Virus record (IMG/VR): IMGVR_UViG_3300031555_003590
Location: 1-64,000 of that record
Strand: one strand, 5' to 3'
DNA length: 64,000 nucleotides
Source of the DNA: a virus
Lineage: Duplodnaviria; Caudoviricetes
The translations under genes and the position numbers were made by a program. The first letter of the stretch is position 1. Every line of letters begins with the position of its first letter. Positions 38,301 through 46,471 of the stretch are shown in pieces. The notes beneath the pieces are model-generated. The model was not told the DNA's origin. It was given only the letters and a program-made list of their open reading frames with translations, and searched no databases.

Positions 38301-41300
38301 GGTATAATACTAATACGAGATGAAATAATTGCAGCTTTCATAAAACCATTCATCGGATTTTCAGGATCATCTTCTATTTTAAATAAATCTTTTAAATCAG
38401 ATGATTTATCTTTTAATAAATTTTTAGCATATTCTTGTTCATTTGATAATTTATTACCAAAATTCTTTATTTTATCAATAAAACCGCTAAATTTATCACC
38501 AATACCACTAGAAAAATTTTTAATATTAGATCCAATTGTTGATATAGTAGATGGATTTTTAGTGCCATCTTCATTAGTACTACCAACAAAGAAATTCTTA
38601 ATACCAGATCTAATTCCTTTAAGACCGCCAGATGTTTTTATACTTCCATCATCAGTAATTACTGGCATACCATTTTCATCATATACTGTTTTACCATTCC
38701 AAATACGACTAAATACTCCTTTATTAGTCATATCATTATACTCAGCAGTAGATAAATTTGAACCAGTTTGTTCATTATAATATTCTACTTGAGAAGACAT
38801 ATTAGATTGTTTTTGATCTAATTTATCTTCACCCATTAGAGCTTTATATGCTGCTTCCGCTAGAATTTGACGAATGCCTTTTCCATCATTTAATGGAGCA
38901 ATTATAAGATCGACAATTTCAATTAAACCTACATATGGAAGCCCGTCAAATACAGCACCTAGTGCAGCAGCAATTGTAGTCATCAATCCATCAACATCAT
39001 TAGGTGATACACTAAATAAATTTGCAGCATTCATTCCACCTAAAACAGCTCCACCAGCTGACATTACTGCAATACTAACACCTAATGTTACTCCAGCTCC
39101 TACTGCTTTACCAGTTTCTTTAGCAAAAATTTTAGTAACAACAGATCCGAGTTTCTTCAATACAGGTTCAGTAATTTTGGAAGTAAATTTTCCAATTAAG
39201 TCTTTTAATTTACTAGCAATTGGTTTGAATGTTTTACTTGATGCAAGTTTTTCTCCTAAATTTTTTAATACTTCAATTATTTTTTTAGCAATAGTATTAA
39301 GAGTACCACCTTCATCAAGAATACTATTAGTAAGTTTTTTAGTAGCTTTGCCTATAGGACCTACTCCTAATGTTGAACTTACTTGAGTTACAGCTTCAGT
39401 TCCACGACCAAGCATATCAGATGATTCTTCATCCATGCCTACTTTTTCTGCTATATTGCTTACAAGCCAATTAGCACCTTTACCAGCCACTGATCCAATT
39501 CCAGTTCTAAGTGCCATTTTACCCATAGCTTGCATAGGTTTAGATTTAAAAACACCTTTAGCTTTATTTAAGTTTTGTCGTGCTCTCATGCCACTTGCAG
39601 TTGCATCTCCATATTTAGCAGCATCCATAGCATTTAATCCAATACCATGTTGAAGTCCTGCAGACATTAAATTACTTCCAGCAACTAATCCAGCATTACG
39701 CCATATTGAATTTTTTGCTCTAGTTACATTTTGATTTACAATTTCATTTCCAGCTGCATCAGTATTTACATGAGTTAAATCTGCAAGAGGATTAAAATAA
39801 TCAATTTCACTATCGGCTTGAAATCCTAAAGGAGCTGTCAATGTATTAAGAACAACATTTTCTTTTTCTCCTCCATTTACAACCCAATCTAAAAGATTAC
39901 TTGCACCTTGTCCGAATTTTGTAAGAAGATCATCAAGCTTACCAGTAAATCCTAATACTGCTGCTATTAAAGCTGCAATTCCCATAGGACCGCCAAGAAC
40001 ATCTTTAATATTAGATAAAACCCCACCAATTTTATCCCAAATACTTGTTTTTTCTTCATCTGATTCTTGAGATTTCTTTTTCTGTCCACCCATTAAATTT
40101 TTTAATCTATTTAATATAGTGGATTTATTTGGATTTTTCTTAGCTCCTTCATCGATAAGATTAGTAACTTCTCTATGTTCGCTATCAGTTATAACATCAT
40201 TACTAGCAATGATAGATGCAGCTGCAGGAATAGTACTACTAATAATTTCATTATCATTATTATCAGATTTACCAATAGATTTCTTTTTACCAGTAATAAA
40301 CTTAATAATTTCATCTAATCTTTCATGTAATCCTTTATCATGAGTAAAAATAGATCCTTCTGTAGTTCCATGATCTGCAAGAGTTTCAACTGCATCTTTA
40401 GTTGCCTTTGTATTTTCAGCAATTTCAGATGTTAACTCAACAGTTTCTTCTTTAGTATAATCATCAATATTTAATTGATCTCTTTCAATATCTTGATTTT
40501 CTTTCCAAGATTCCCAATCTTTACGTCCACTTACACGGTGTCTCTTTACAACTTTAATCATTTTTCCAGGAGGTCCATCTGGATCTTGTACATAATCAGC
40601 TTCATAGCTATTATTATAATATCCGCTTTCAGCCTTATCCATATCAGCATCAGCTTTTTGAGATTTTATACGCTGATTAATCTTATCTCTACCTTCTTTA
40701 CCAGCAATCATTTTAGCAATAGAATTTAATCCACCACCAATAACTGCGCCACCAGTTTCAGTTCCTCCTCGAACAAGATTACCAATTGCTGTAATTGGAG
40801 CTTTAGCAACATTTAATGGGAACATTAAGAATTTCTTTAAAAGTCCACCCATTCCCTTGAATACTTTTCCAAATGCTGTATCGGCAACTTTACCAGCAGC
40901 ATTAGACATTCTTTCTTTAATTGCTTCTCCAATATTAGATAATGGACCCATAATATTTTTCTTTAATACAGAACCAAAGGAAGTCATAGTTTTACCAATC
41001 TGATATCGAATTGGATCTGTTATGTTATCTACAACTTTACCAATTAATCCTCTTCTTTTATCTCGATCTTTCTTTTTATCTCCTTCATGTTCTTTATCAC
41101 CAAATAATAGTTTTTTAATTTTTGATCCTATTCCACTTGTTTGACTAATTGCATTTCCTGCAATACCGCCCATTATAAGTCCAAGTGGACCTCCTAAAAT
41201 ACCAGCACCAAGCATTGAACCAATAGCTGTACTAAATATTTTATTACGTTTATTATCTATACTAGAATCCTTATCTTCTTTATCGCCATAATTAAAATAT

Positions 41301-43585
41301 CCAGCTACCGATTTAACCCATTTTGATGCATTTGAAGAAGTATTTTTTAATGCTGCTTTATAACCGCCTGGTCCAAAAATTAAATTATTAAAATATCCTA
41401 AATAACCACCATTTTCATTTTTCTTAACTTCATATTCTTTTCCATCTTTAGTATATTTATAACTAGAACCAGTAATTTTGTGTTTTAAATAACCAGCTAT
41501 ATTTTCATTATTATCATTAATTTTTAAAAGCTGATCTTTTATAAAAGAAGAACTTACTTGCCCTATATCAGTAATAATATTACCAAAAGCAGCTCTTACT
41601 TCTTCAGGAGATCCACTAAATATAGCTTTACGTAAATTGCCTCCGCGATGTTTAGCCCATCTACCAACTCTTTGACCAGTGGTTAGTTGTTCAGTAGTAC
41701 CATCTTCATTAGTTTGATTTTGAAGTAGATTAGGTTCATCATCACCTTTAATAGAAGATGAAGTAGAAGTTGTTGAAGTTGATGTATCAGGCTCATCTGG
41801 ATCATTAATAATTTTAGGTTTATATCCTAATGGAGGAGATACAAATTTATTTCCAAATCGTGCATATGGTTTCTTACGAGAATTTTTAGATCCCATCTGA
41901 AATACATTAATGCCAGTATCGAGTTTACGGAATATTTCATATAATACAATATTGGTATAATTAAAACCTGTAGCTGCTTTTGGATCAGAAATAGATGCAG
42001 TAGATGTATCTTCTATTTTACCATATCTAGCAAGAATAGTTTTTCGTTCATTCTCATGAGAATCTTCAACTCCAGATATATCAATATTATATTTATCATA
42101 TTCAGAAATAGCATTTCTAACTCTATTATTGCGATATATTGTATTTTTGCTAGCTTGCTGAGCAATGTCAATGATACCATTATTTGATGTAAGAGCAACC
42201 AGACCTTTTATAACTCTATCATATTCTTTTTGTTCATCTTTATCTATTTTAACGCCTTTCATGACATATTTATCAAAATACTCTCTAACTGCTTTTTCAT
42301 TCTTAAAACTTCCAAGTTTCTTTTCAGGACTTCTTTCAGTACTAAGTTGAGATAATAATAACTCATATGCCATATTAGATGTACTAGAAGTACCAATTGC
42401 ATCACGAACTTTAGAAGATGATGCATAAATACTACCACTATTTGCAGTTGTATTTAAAAATTCTTTATTAATTGCTCTTTGGGTTTTAAATGATCTAGAT
42501 CTATAATCATAGACTACATCATCTCCACCTAAAGCAACTAATATTTTTCTTAAATATCCTGGAATTGTATTAGTGATAGATTCACGAGTAATTGTATCAA
42601 AACTTGTTGCTTTAACATCAAATGTAGATCTTTCAGTAGATTGAGATTTTCTTGAAGCATCCAATCCTAAAAATTTTCCTAAAATTCCAGTTGGTCCAAA
42701 TGGATTATTTCTACCAGCATTTCCTAATCTAATTAAAGATTGCATTATTGTATCATTGACTGCACTATCTAATGCTTTTAAGTTTTTTTCTAAATTAGGA
42801 GATGCTTTATTTATACCAAAACCGATTACGGATTTAAATATATCTTGTGGAGAAGTTCCACTAATTATCATTGGTATCATTTGTAACATTGAAACCATGG
42901 GATCATTTTTAATTCTATTACCAACCAGCTTCTTATATGAGCTAAGATCAAACTTACCATTTTTGATCATACTTGATGAAAGATCATCTTCTTTATTATT
43001 CAAACTTCCACCAATAGCTGTAGTTGCTTCAATCATAGCTGAAGTATTCTTGGTAAGAACTTCAAGAATTTTATCTAATCTATTATTAACATTATCAAAT
43101 CCACTAGTGATAACAGCAGTTTGTTTATCAATAGTAGTATCAAGAGTTGCAATTGATGAAATTTGACTTTCAACCATTTGTTTAGATGATTCAACTACTG
43201 CTTTTGCAATTTTATTTGAATTCTTTTCATTTTCATTGAATTGAGCTTCTGCAATATCACTAGAATCAATATCACTATCAAATTCTAAATTAAGATCAAG
43301 ACCAGAATCATCAAACTCATCTTCTTTTTCCATATACCAACGGTATATGTTTTTAAAATTAGCTTGTGATTTAAATTGTTTAATTCTATTTGAAGCATTT
43401 TGTGACATACTTGCAAATCCGGAAGTAACTTGTGATATAGTGGATTTTGCTTCAGATAATGTTGAACTAGTTGTTGGCATTACTTCACTAATATAATCTC
43501 CAGTAGCACCAACAATATATCCTCCAGTTTTCTTTAAAAAATCTAAGTTAAGTTTTTTATTCTTAACAGCGATAGAAGAACTCAT
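35375..43585 (-). CDS. Tape-measure-like virion protein with C-terminal M23 peptidase and phage tail lysozyme domains
   Basis: 2736 aa; amphipathic Gly/Ala segments; ~56-aa D(D)PENP repeats; YHNGID...NMHL...STGNSSGPHLH; IAGVLGNWSHESG...GLGQFT. Confidence 0.85.
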   Translation of the reverse strand: MSSSIAVKNKKLNLDFLKKTGGYIVGATGDYISEVMPTTSSTLSEAKSTISQVTSGFASMSQNASNRIKQFKSQANFKNIYRWYMEKEDEFDDSGLDLNLEFDSDIDSSDIAEAQFNENEKNSNKIAKAVVESSKQMVESQISSIATLDTTIDKQTAVITSGFDNVNNRLDKILEVLTKNTSAMIEATTAIGGSLNNKEDDLSSSMIKNGKFDLSSYKKLVGNRIKNDPMVSMLQMIPMIISGTSPQDIFKSVIGFGINKASPNLEKNLKALDSAVNDTIMQSLIRLGNAGRNNPFGPTGILGKFLGLDASRKSQSTERSTFDVKATSFDTITRESITNTIPGYLRKILVALGGDDVVYDYRSRSFKTQRAINKEFLNTTANSGSIYASSSKVRDAIGTSSTSNMAYELLLSQLSTERSPEKKLGSFKNEKAVREYFDKYVMKGVKIDKDEQKEYDRVIKGLVALTSNNGIIDIAQQASKNTIYRNNRVRNAISEYDKYNIDISGVEDSHENERKTILARYGKIEDTSTASISDPKAATGFNYTNIVLYEIFRKLDTGINVFQMGSKNSRKKPYARFGNKFVSPPLGYKPKIINDPDEPDTSTSTTSTSSSIKGDDEPNLLQNQTNEDGTTEQLTTGQRVGRWAKHRGGNLRKAIFSGSPEEVRAAFGNIITDIGQVSSSFIKDQLLKINDNNENIAGYLKHKITGSSYKYTKDGKEYEVKKNENGGYLGYFNNLIFGPGGYKAALKNTSSNASKWVKSVAGYFNYGDKEDKDSSIDNKRNKIFSTAIGSMLGAGILGGPLGLIMGGIAGNAISQTSGIGSKIKKLLFGDKEHEGDKKKDRDKRRGLIGKVVDNITDPIRYQIGKTMTSFGSVLKKNIMGPLSNIGEAIKERMSNAAGKVADTAFGKVFKGMGGLLKKFLMFPLNVAKAPITAIGNLVRGGTETGGAVIGGGLNSIAKMIAGKEGRDKINQRIKSQKADADMDKAESGYYNNSYEADYVQDPDGPPGKMIKVVKRHRVSGRKDWESWKENQDIERDQLNIDDYTKEETVELTSEIAENTKATKDAVETLADHGTTEGSIFTHDKGLHERLDEIIKFITGKKKSIGKSDNNDNEIISSTIPAAASIIASNDVITDSEHREVTNLIDEGAKKNPNKSTILNRLKNLMGGQKKKSQESDEEKTSIWDKIGGVLSNIKDVLGGPMGIAALIAAVLGFTGKLDDLLTKFGQGASNLLDWVVNGGEKENVVLNTLTAPLGFQADSEIDYFNPLADLTHVNTDAAGNEIVNQNVTRAKNSIWRNAGLVAGSNLMSAGLQHGIGLNAMDAAKYGDATASGMRARQNLNKAKGVFKSKPMQAMGKMALRTGIGSVAGKGANWLVSNIAEKVGMDEESSDMLGRGTEAVTQVSSTLGVGPIGKATKKLTNSILDEGGTLNTIAKKIIEVLKNLGEKLASSKTFKPIASKLKDLIGKFTSKITEPVLKKLGSVVTKIFAKETGKAVGAGVTLGVSIAVMSAGGAVLGGMNAANLFSVSPNDVDGLMTTIAAALGAVFDGLPYVGLIEIVDLIIAPLNDGKGIRQILAEAAYKALMGEDKLDQKQSNMSSQVEYYNEQTGSNLSTAEYNDMTNKGVFSRIWNGKTVYDENGMPVITDDGSIKTSGGLKGIRSGIKNFFVGSTNEDGTKNPSTISTIGSNIKNFSSGIGDKFSGFIDKIKNFGNKLSNEQEYAKNLLKDKSSDLKDLFKIEDDPENPMNGFMKAAIISSRISIIPQAIFKVIGNKIGNVIGGAINKVKNSIDVLSSNTSTINDTARRGDISGVLNLTFQNDPENPVGGFTESIFNIVKYLNVPTAAISWVGIKIKDKFNSIVNKVKNTMSTLSTNHENLNAASKTGDFGALSSIVLEDDPENPLGKIGSAIFSIDKIIHYVPTAFHWLGNKIKGPFNEIMETIKTAKDSLDAGIDELSINAKAGDFEGLSNVVIQENEGNPLNGIMSGIFTVAKLINYPRTAVHWVGNKISKAFSEMVSITQGNYQSLDSANEQISTLANDGKVMDIWNTKLELQNGDPLSGIWKASFGINKLFQSAIGIFHGIGNFIGKGIDKIKNWFIDKLESGWDSLGEAFSTVEESPSSTEGVGGDSSNASQNKSTGQSQSSTIKSGGNPLNKPLHITSYFGWRDLDGNGSKEDYHNGIDLRPETYGDSADIGSRYNGTVSLVESSVPDSHTGLGTSTKMGGNMVWIKTDDGYTIKNMHLKANSIPASIKVGSRVRIGDKIGEMGSTGNSSGPHLHYQIEDSNGKPINPLSNVTAGTTLSNFINTSDSVHTADVNRNATDGTSTINSESPLAKLLNTLKSFGSKILNWISGGLFGDSESNDIESNDVNVELSDSEIASIANIQTTDDAEENAKQTYQFLKNYNIPDINIAGVLGNWSHESGIDPTAVESIYNEKYRIGPKKTEALENPKSFTEQLFADYASKGLSINEEAYKGDDGIPRPGLGLGQFTGPAATRLMKFANKLGMNWYDMGAQLQYSIQPSSNGGYRDFMSNWTTAESSTSKAARVFLKDWEGIDPNIEWVKLSERQKYAKYYYDKMKGEWKENNDAIGGADDIDSSTIHQSNYATKTPTVTGITQSSQNNYQQKQISTSSSTYNPPVYQSSSDANIPVVNIPRTIDPETTIRLLNEIIVQLTYITRNTGSSSDLLTALNQKDFVDKGLRDSINSLGSRNKVKSSTSAFSAATKTNTRSVTTMARP

Positions 43586-43703
43586 AATCTATCTCACCAC
43601 CTTTATCGTTATATTTTATTCCATAATTAAATAAAGTGTGGGCAATAAGTATTAAAAATGAATAAAAAATAAAAGGGGCGGAATTACTCCACCACCTTAA
43701 ATT

Positions 43704-44324
43704 TTATTTATATCTCTTCTCCTTCCATTCTCTAGATTTAATTATAAACTTACGATATGCTTCATATGTCTTAAATATCTTATATTTACCAGTACGAACA
43801 TCAAGACATTGTTCTCCTCTAGCCATTTCATAACTATTAGCTGAAACGATAATGTATACATCCTTATCAGGATTAGTATCAATAATAGTTTTAAAAAGCT
43901 GATCTTTGACATCGATAATATTATCAATGCTTAAACCACTATCAATTGCATCGAACATAAACCATACTTCAGAAGCATCATTATTATCTCTAATAAACTT
44001 ACCAATCTTACCAGCAGCAGTACCAAGATTAATATGAATTTGTTCTCCTTCTGAAGAACATGCTAACATAGCAAGCAGATCCATACTTTTATATAGAGCC
44101 GCTTGTCTAGCATTATTTCCTCCATCAGTAAGATTGTTATATTTCATATTAGGAATTCCTACTCTATTTAATTGATCTTTAATATAATAATCAATTAAAG
44201 TGGTTTTACCAGTTCCATTACATCCAACAAGAACTGTTACTCCAGGATTAATAGTAACATTCTTATATAAATATAATACACCATTATCAAAAGGATCTCT
44301 ATCAAGTTTAAAAGTTCTACTCAT
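43704..44324 (-). CDS. Stand-alone ABC-type ATPase
   Basis: Walker A GCNGTGKTT, signature SSEGE, FMFDAIDSGL. Confidence 0.8.
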   Translation of the reverse strand: MSRTFKLDRDPFDNGVLYLYKNVTINPGVTVLVGCNGTGKTTLIDYYIKDQLNRVGIPNMKYNNLTDGGNNARQAALYKSMDLLAMLACSSEGEQIHINLGTAAGKIGKFIRDNNDASEVWFMFDAIDSGLSIDNIIDVKDQLFKTIIDTNPDKDVYIIVSANSYEMARGEQCLDVRTGKYKIFKTYEAYRKFIIKSREWKEKRYK

Positions 44325-44336
44325 ATACTAATCTCC

Positions 44337-44633
44337 TCATACTTTTAATATTACACCTGATACAACTGTATCTCTTCTTAACCATTCTTCTTTATATGAT
44401 ATATTTTTCATATCATATAATTCAGTAACATCACCTCTTATATCATATAATTTATCTCTATATAATAACATAAAATGACAATCAATAGTTTCATATACTA
44501 TTTCTCCACCAAATCTTTCTTGAAGAATAACTGAGAAATAGTAACAGTATCCATTCATAAAAGTATCTTCTAATGATTCAGTGTTTCGTTTTTTAAAATT
44601 AAATATAAATTCTAATACAGGATCATTTGTCAT
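44337..44633 (-). CDS. Phage hypothetical protein
   Basis: F..GYCYYF..IL..RF.GEI...CHF....YDIRG (Cys/His/Asp pattern). Confidence 0.7.
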   Translation of the reverse strand: MTNDPVLEFIFNFKKRNTESLEDTFMNGYCYYFSVILQERFGGEIVYETIDCHFMLLYRDKLYDIRGDVTELYDMKNISYKEEWLRRDTVVSGVILKV

Positions 44634-44700
44634 TATAAATACCTCCTATATTTTTAATTAAAAATAAAGGTGGCACAATTAGTGCCACCTTTTATGTATA

Positions 44701-44826
44701 TTAAATGGATTTTAATTTACGAAGTTGACGATTAAGTTTTCGAATAATATTTTGATTCTCAACTGGATTAATACTTAACTTTTTAATTCGATTTTCTAGA
44801 TATAAAATTCTTACATTATTACTCAT
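44701..44826 (-). CDS. 41-aa basic hypothetical protein
   Basis: AGGAGG RBS; MSNVRILYLENRIKKLSINPVENQNIIRKLNRQLRKLKSI. Confidence 0.65.
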   Translation of the reverse strand: MSNNVRILYLENRIKKLSINPVENQNIIRKLNRQLRKLKSI

Positions 44827-44894
44827 AATTATATCCTCCTATATAATATTTTATGACGGAGTTTTAGTAAATATGTAATATTATTTATAATATT

Positions 44895-44980
44895 GAGCCA
44901 TAGGGCTTTCACCTATGGGAGTAAAGGTTGGATTAGTGCTGCAGCCACTTACCAACAGTCTGGACTCTGCCGACTAAGCA
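44895..44980 (-). ncRNA. tRNA-like structured RNA (D-arm-like and T-arm-like hairpins, no acceptor stem)
   Basis: GCTTAGTCGGCAGAGT resembles the D-arm; GTTGG/CCAAC with AGTG/CACT; CCATAGG-TGAAAGC-CCTATGG. Confidence 0.4.
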
Positions 44981-45035
44981 TAGATAAATTTTACTTTACT
45001 TTTTCATATTATGTACTTTTAAGAGATTTTCTTTT

Positions 45036-45113
45036 TGGTCAAAGTTAATAGGAGTCGAACCTAATCCCTCCGCCGTATGTGGCAGCGTGCTATTTCCGCT
45101 ACACTAAACTTCT
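45036..45113 (-). pseudogene. Atypical or degenerate tRNA with 3' CCA and a 6-nt ACATAC anticodon loop
   Basis: GGTTCGACTCC T-arm, GTGT/GCAC D-stem, CTGCC/GGCGG stem, weak acceptor stem. Confidence 0.6.
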
Positions 45114-45218
45114 AATCTCTGCTACACTAGTCTCGATCGCTGTACATTCAATCATTGAAACTAGTTTGTACAATGTAGCATACATAAATATGGCTTTATA
45201 CTCACTACTCAATATTAT

Positions 45219-45294
45219 TGGTGTGCCTGGCGGGATTCGAACCCACGACCCTTTGATTAAAAGTCAAATGCTCTACCGACTGAGCTACAGGCAC
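45219..45294 (-). tRNA. trnK: tRNA-Lys(TTT)
   Basis: GTGCCTG...TTTGA-CTTTTAA-TCAAA...GGTTCGAATCC...CAGGCAC-ACCA. Confidence 0.97.
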
Positions 45295-45300
45295 ATGTTT

Positions 45301-45450
45301 AAAAGGATTCACCGTGGGCTACTCACACATAGTTCTGTCGGTTAGTGTTACCGACGTACTATTATATGTTTTCACCTTTAGTATATAGGCTCACTACTTC
45401 CTATATACCCAGGGGCACGGCTACTCTACTCCCTGTAAATTAAACATATA
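45301..45450 (-). ncRNA. Unidentified ~150-nt structured RNA with possible pseudoknots
   Basis: TATATGTTT/AAACATATA, CAGGG/CCCTG, GTATATAGG/CCTATATAC and GTCGGT/ACCGAC stems; loop CCGTG pairs with 3' CACGG. Confidence 0.6.
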
Positions 45451-45514
45451 TTGTATAATTATCTTTGGCACACAACACACATCAAAGATGTTATATAATA
45501 TATGTAATTTATAA

Positions 45515-45590
45515 TGGCTGGGCTAGATGGATTCGAACCATCGGAATGCAGGAGTCAAAGTCCTGTGCCTTACCACTTGGCTATAGCCCA
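45515..45590 (-). tRNA. trnQ: tRNA-Gln(TTG)
   Basis: TGGGCTA...CAGGA-CTTTGAC-TCCTG...GGTTCGAATCC...TAGCCCA-GCCA. Confidence 0.97.
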
Positions 45591-45670
45591 ATATATAAAA
45601 AGGTTTAATCTATATCTCCCACCTTCAAGGATGCACTTTTAGTAGCATTACTTCGGGAATAATTTCCCTA

Positions 45671-45746
45671 TGGCTCCCCCAGTTGGACTCGAACCAACGA
45701 CACTGCGGTTAACAGCCGCATGCTCTACCGACTGAGCTATGGAGGA
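45671..45746 (-). tRNA. trnN: tRNA-Asn(GTT)
   Basis: TCCTCCA...TGCGG-CTGTTAA-CCGCA...GGTTCGAGTCC...TGGGGGA-GCCA. Confidence 0.97.
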
Positions 45747-45751
45747 ATATA

Positions 45752-46118
45752 AAGTACAGACAGATCAACATTTTACACACTAACCTAGTCCTAAGACTGC
45801 TAGTACCTCTCCAAACAATTATTGCTTTCCACGCCTCAAATGTTGATGTGACTCTGCCTGATATTTACTCTGAGCAGTCACTACCCAGTTGTCAACCCCC
45901 ACTTAATCCTGCCTATTCTAGGTATCGATGTGATTGACTGCTTATGCCTTTAAGCATCGGATATCCTACTTCACCCATTTCAGATAATCCGCATAGCCTC
46001 CTACTTGGCTCTTATAGGCTTGATTTGCATTTTTTGAATAGAGTGCTACTCCCACACGTTCCCATCTCTATTACTGTAGTCAGTAATCCAGCCAGGATAT
46101 ATCATTTCACCTGGACTT
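45752..46118 (-). ncRNA. Unidentified ~370-nt highly structured RNA
   Basis: GC-enriched, no ORF in the track, about 10 complementary stems including crossing pairs (see findings). Confidence 0.65.
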
Positions 46119-46120
46119 AA

Positions 46121-46461
46121 TGGTGCGGGTAGCCGGACTCGAACCGGCATGGATTACTCCGAGAGATTTTCATCACACTCTTGGTTATGAATTCCCAAGC
46201 CAATTCAAAGAATTGTTGTGCGCTGGAATACGTTTTTACCATATCATTCCTGACTTAGGTAGTAGGTCTATATTCTCTACACATTTATCAAATTATTTCT
46301 AATTTGAATTTAGCACGGCGTTCCCATTGAGCCATTCACCGTTTTAGCCTACTCCACTTATAAAGTTTCCTTCATAAGGCTCCACCTTTACTCAAGGCAA
46401 CTTACTATAGCAAGTTCTCAATGGAGAAGTCTCTTGTGTCTGCCAATTTCACCATACCCGC
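46121..46461 (-). tRNA. trnL: tRNA-Leu(TAA), intron-split; exons 46461..46427 and 46170..46121 (85 nt mature)
   Basis: GCGGGTATGGTGAAATTGGCAGACACAAGAGACTT^AAAATCTCTCGGAGTAATCCATGCCGGTTCGAGTCCGGCTACCCGCACCA. Confidence 0.93.
46171..46426 (-). mobile_element. Group I intron (256 nt, trnL/IC3-like) in the Leu anticodon, U^AA
   Basis: P1 CTT/GAG with U.G; P2 CTTATGAAG-GAAA-CTTTATAAG; P3 AGTAGG/CCTACT; P7 GAATA/TATTC; terminal G at 46171. Confidence 0.88.
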
Positions 46462-46471
46462 ATATTATATA

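Noticed and set aside
37224-43166. Long plus-strand ORFs such as 37974..38780 and 38874..39386
   Set aside because: Antisense shadows of the tape-measure gene with no RBS or motifs; the same applies to 47510..48274 and 1747..2094.
45598-45670. Twister or theta ribozyme in the Asn-Gln spacer (TAATGCTACT...GCAT)
   Set aside because: Small hairpins are present but I could not build the required pseudoknots; left unassigned.
45752-46118. tmRNA, RNase P or a further group I intron
   Set aside because: No tRNA-like termini or tag ORF, no GAGGAAAGTCC, and no P7 GACTA/TAGTC-type core.
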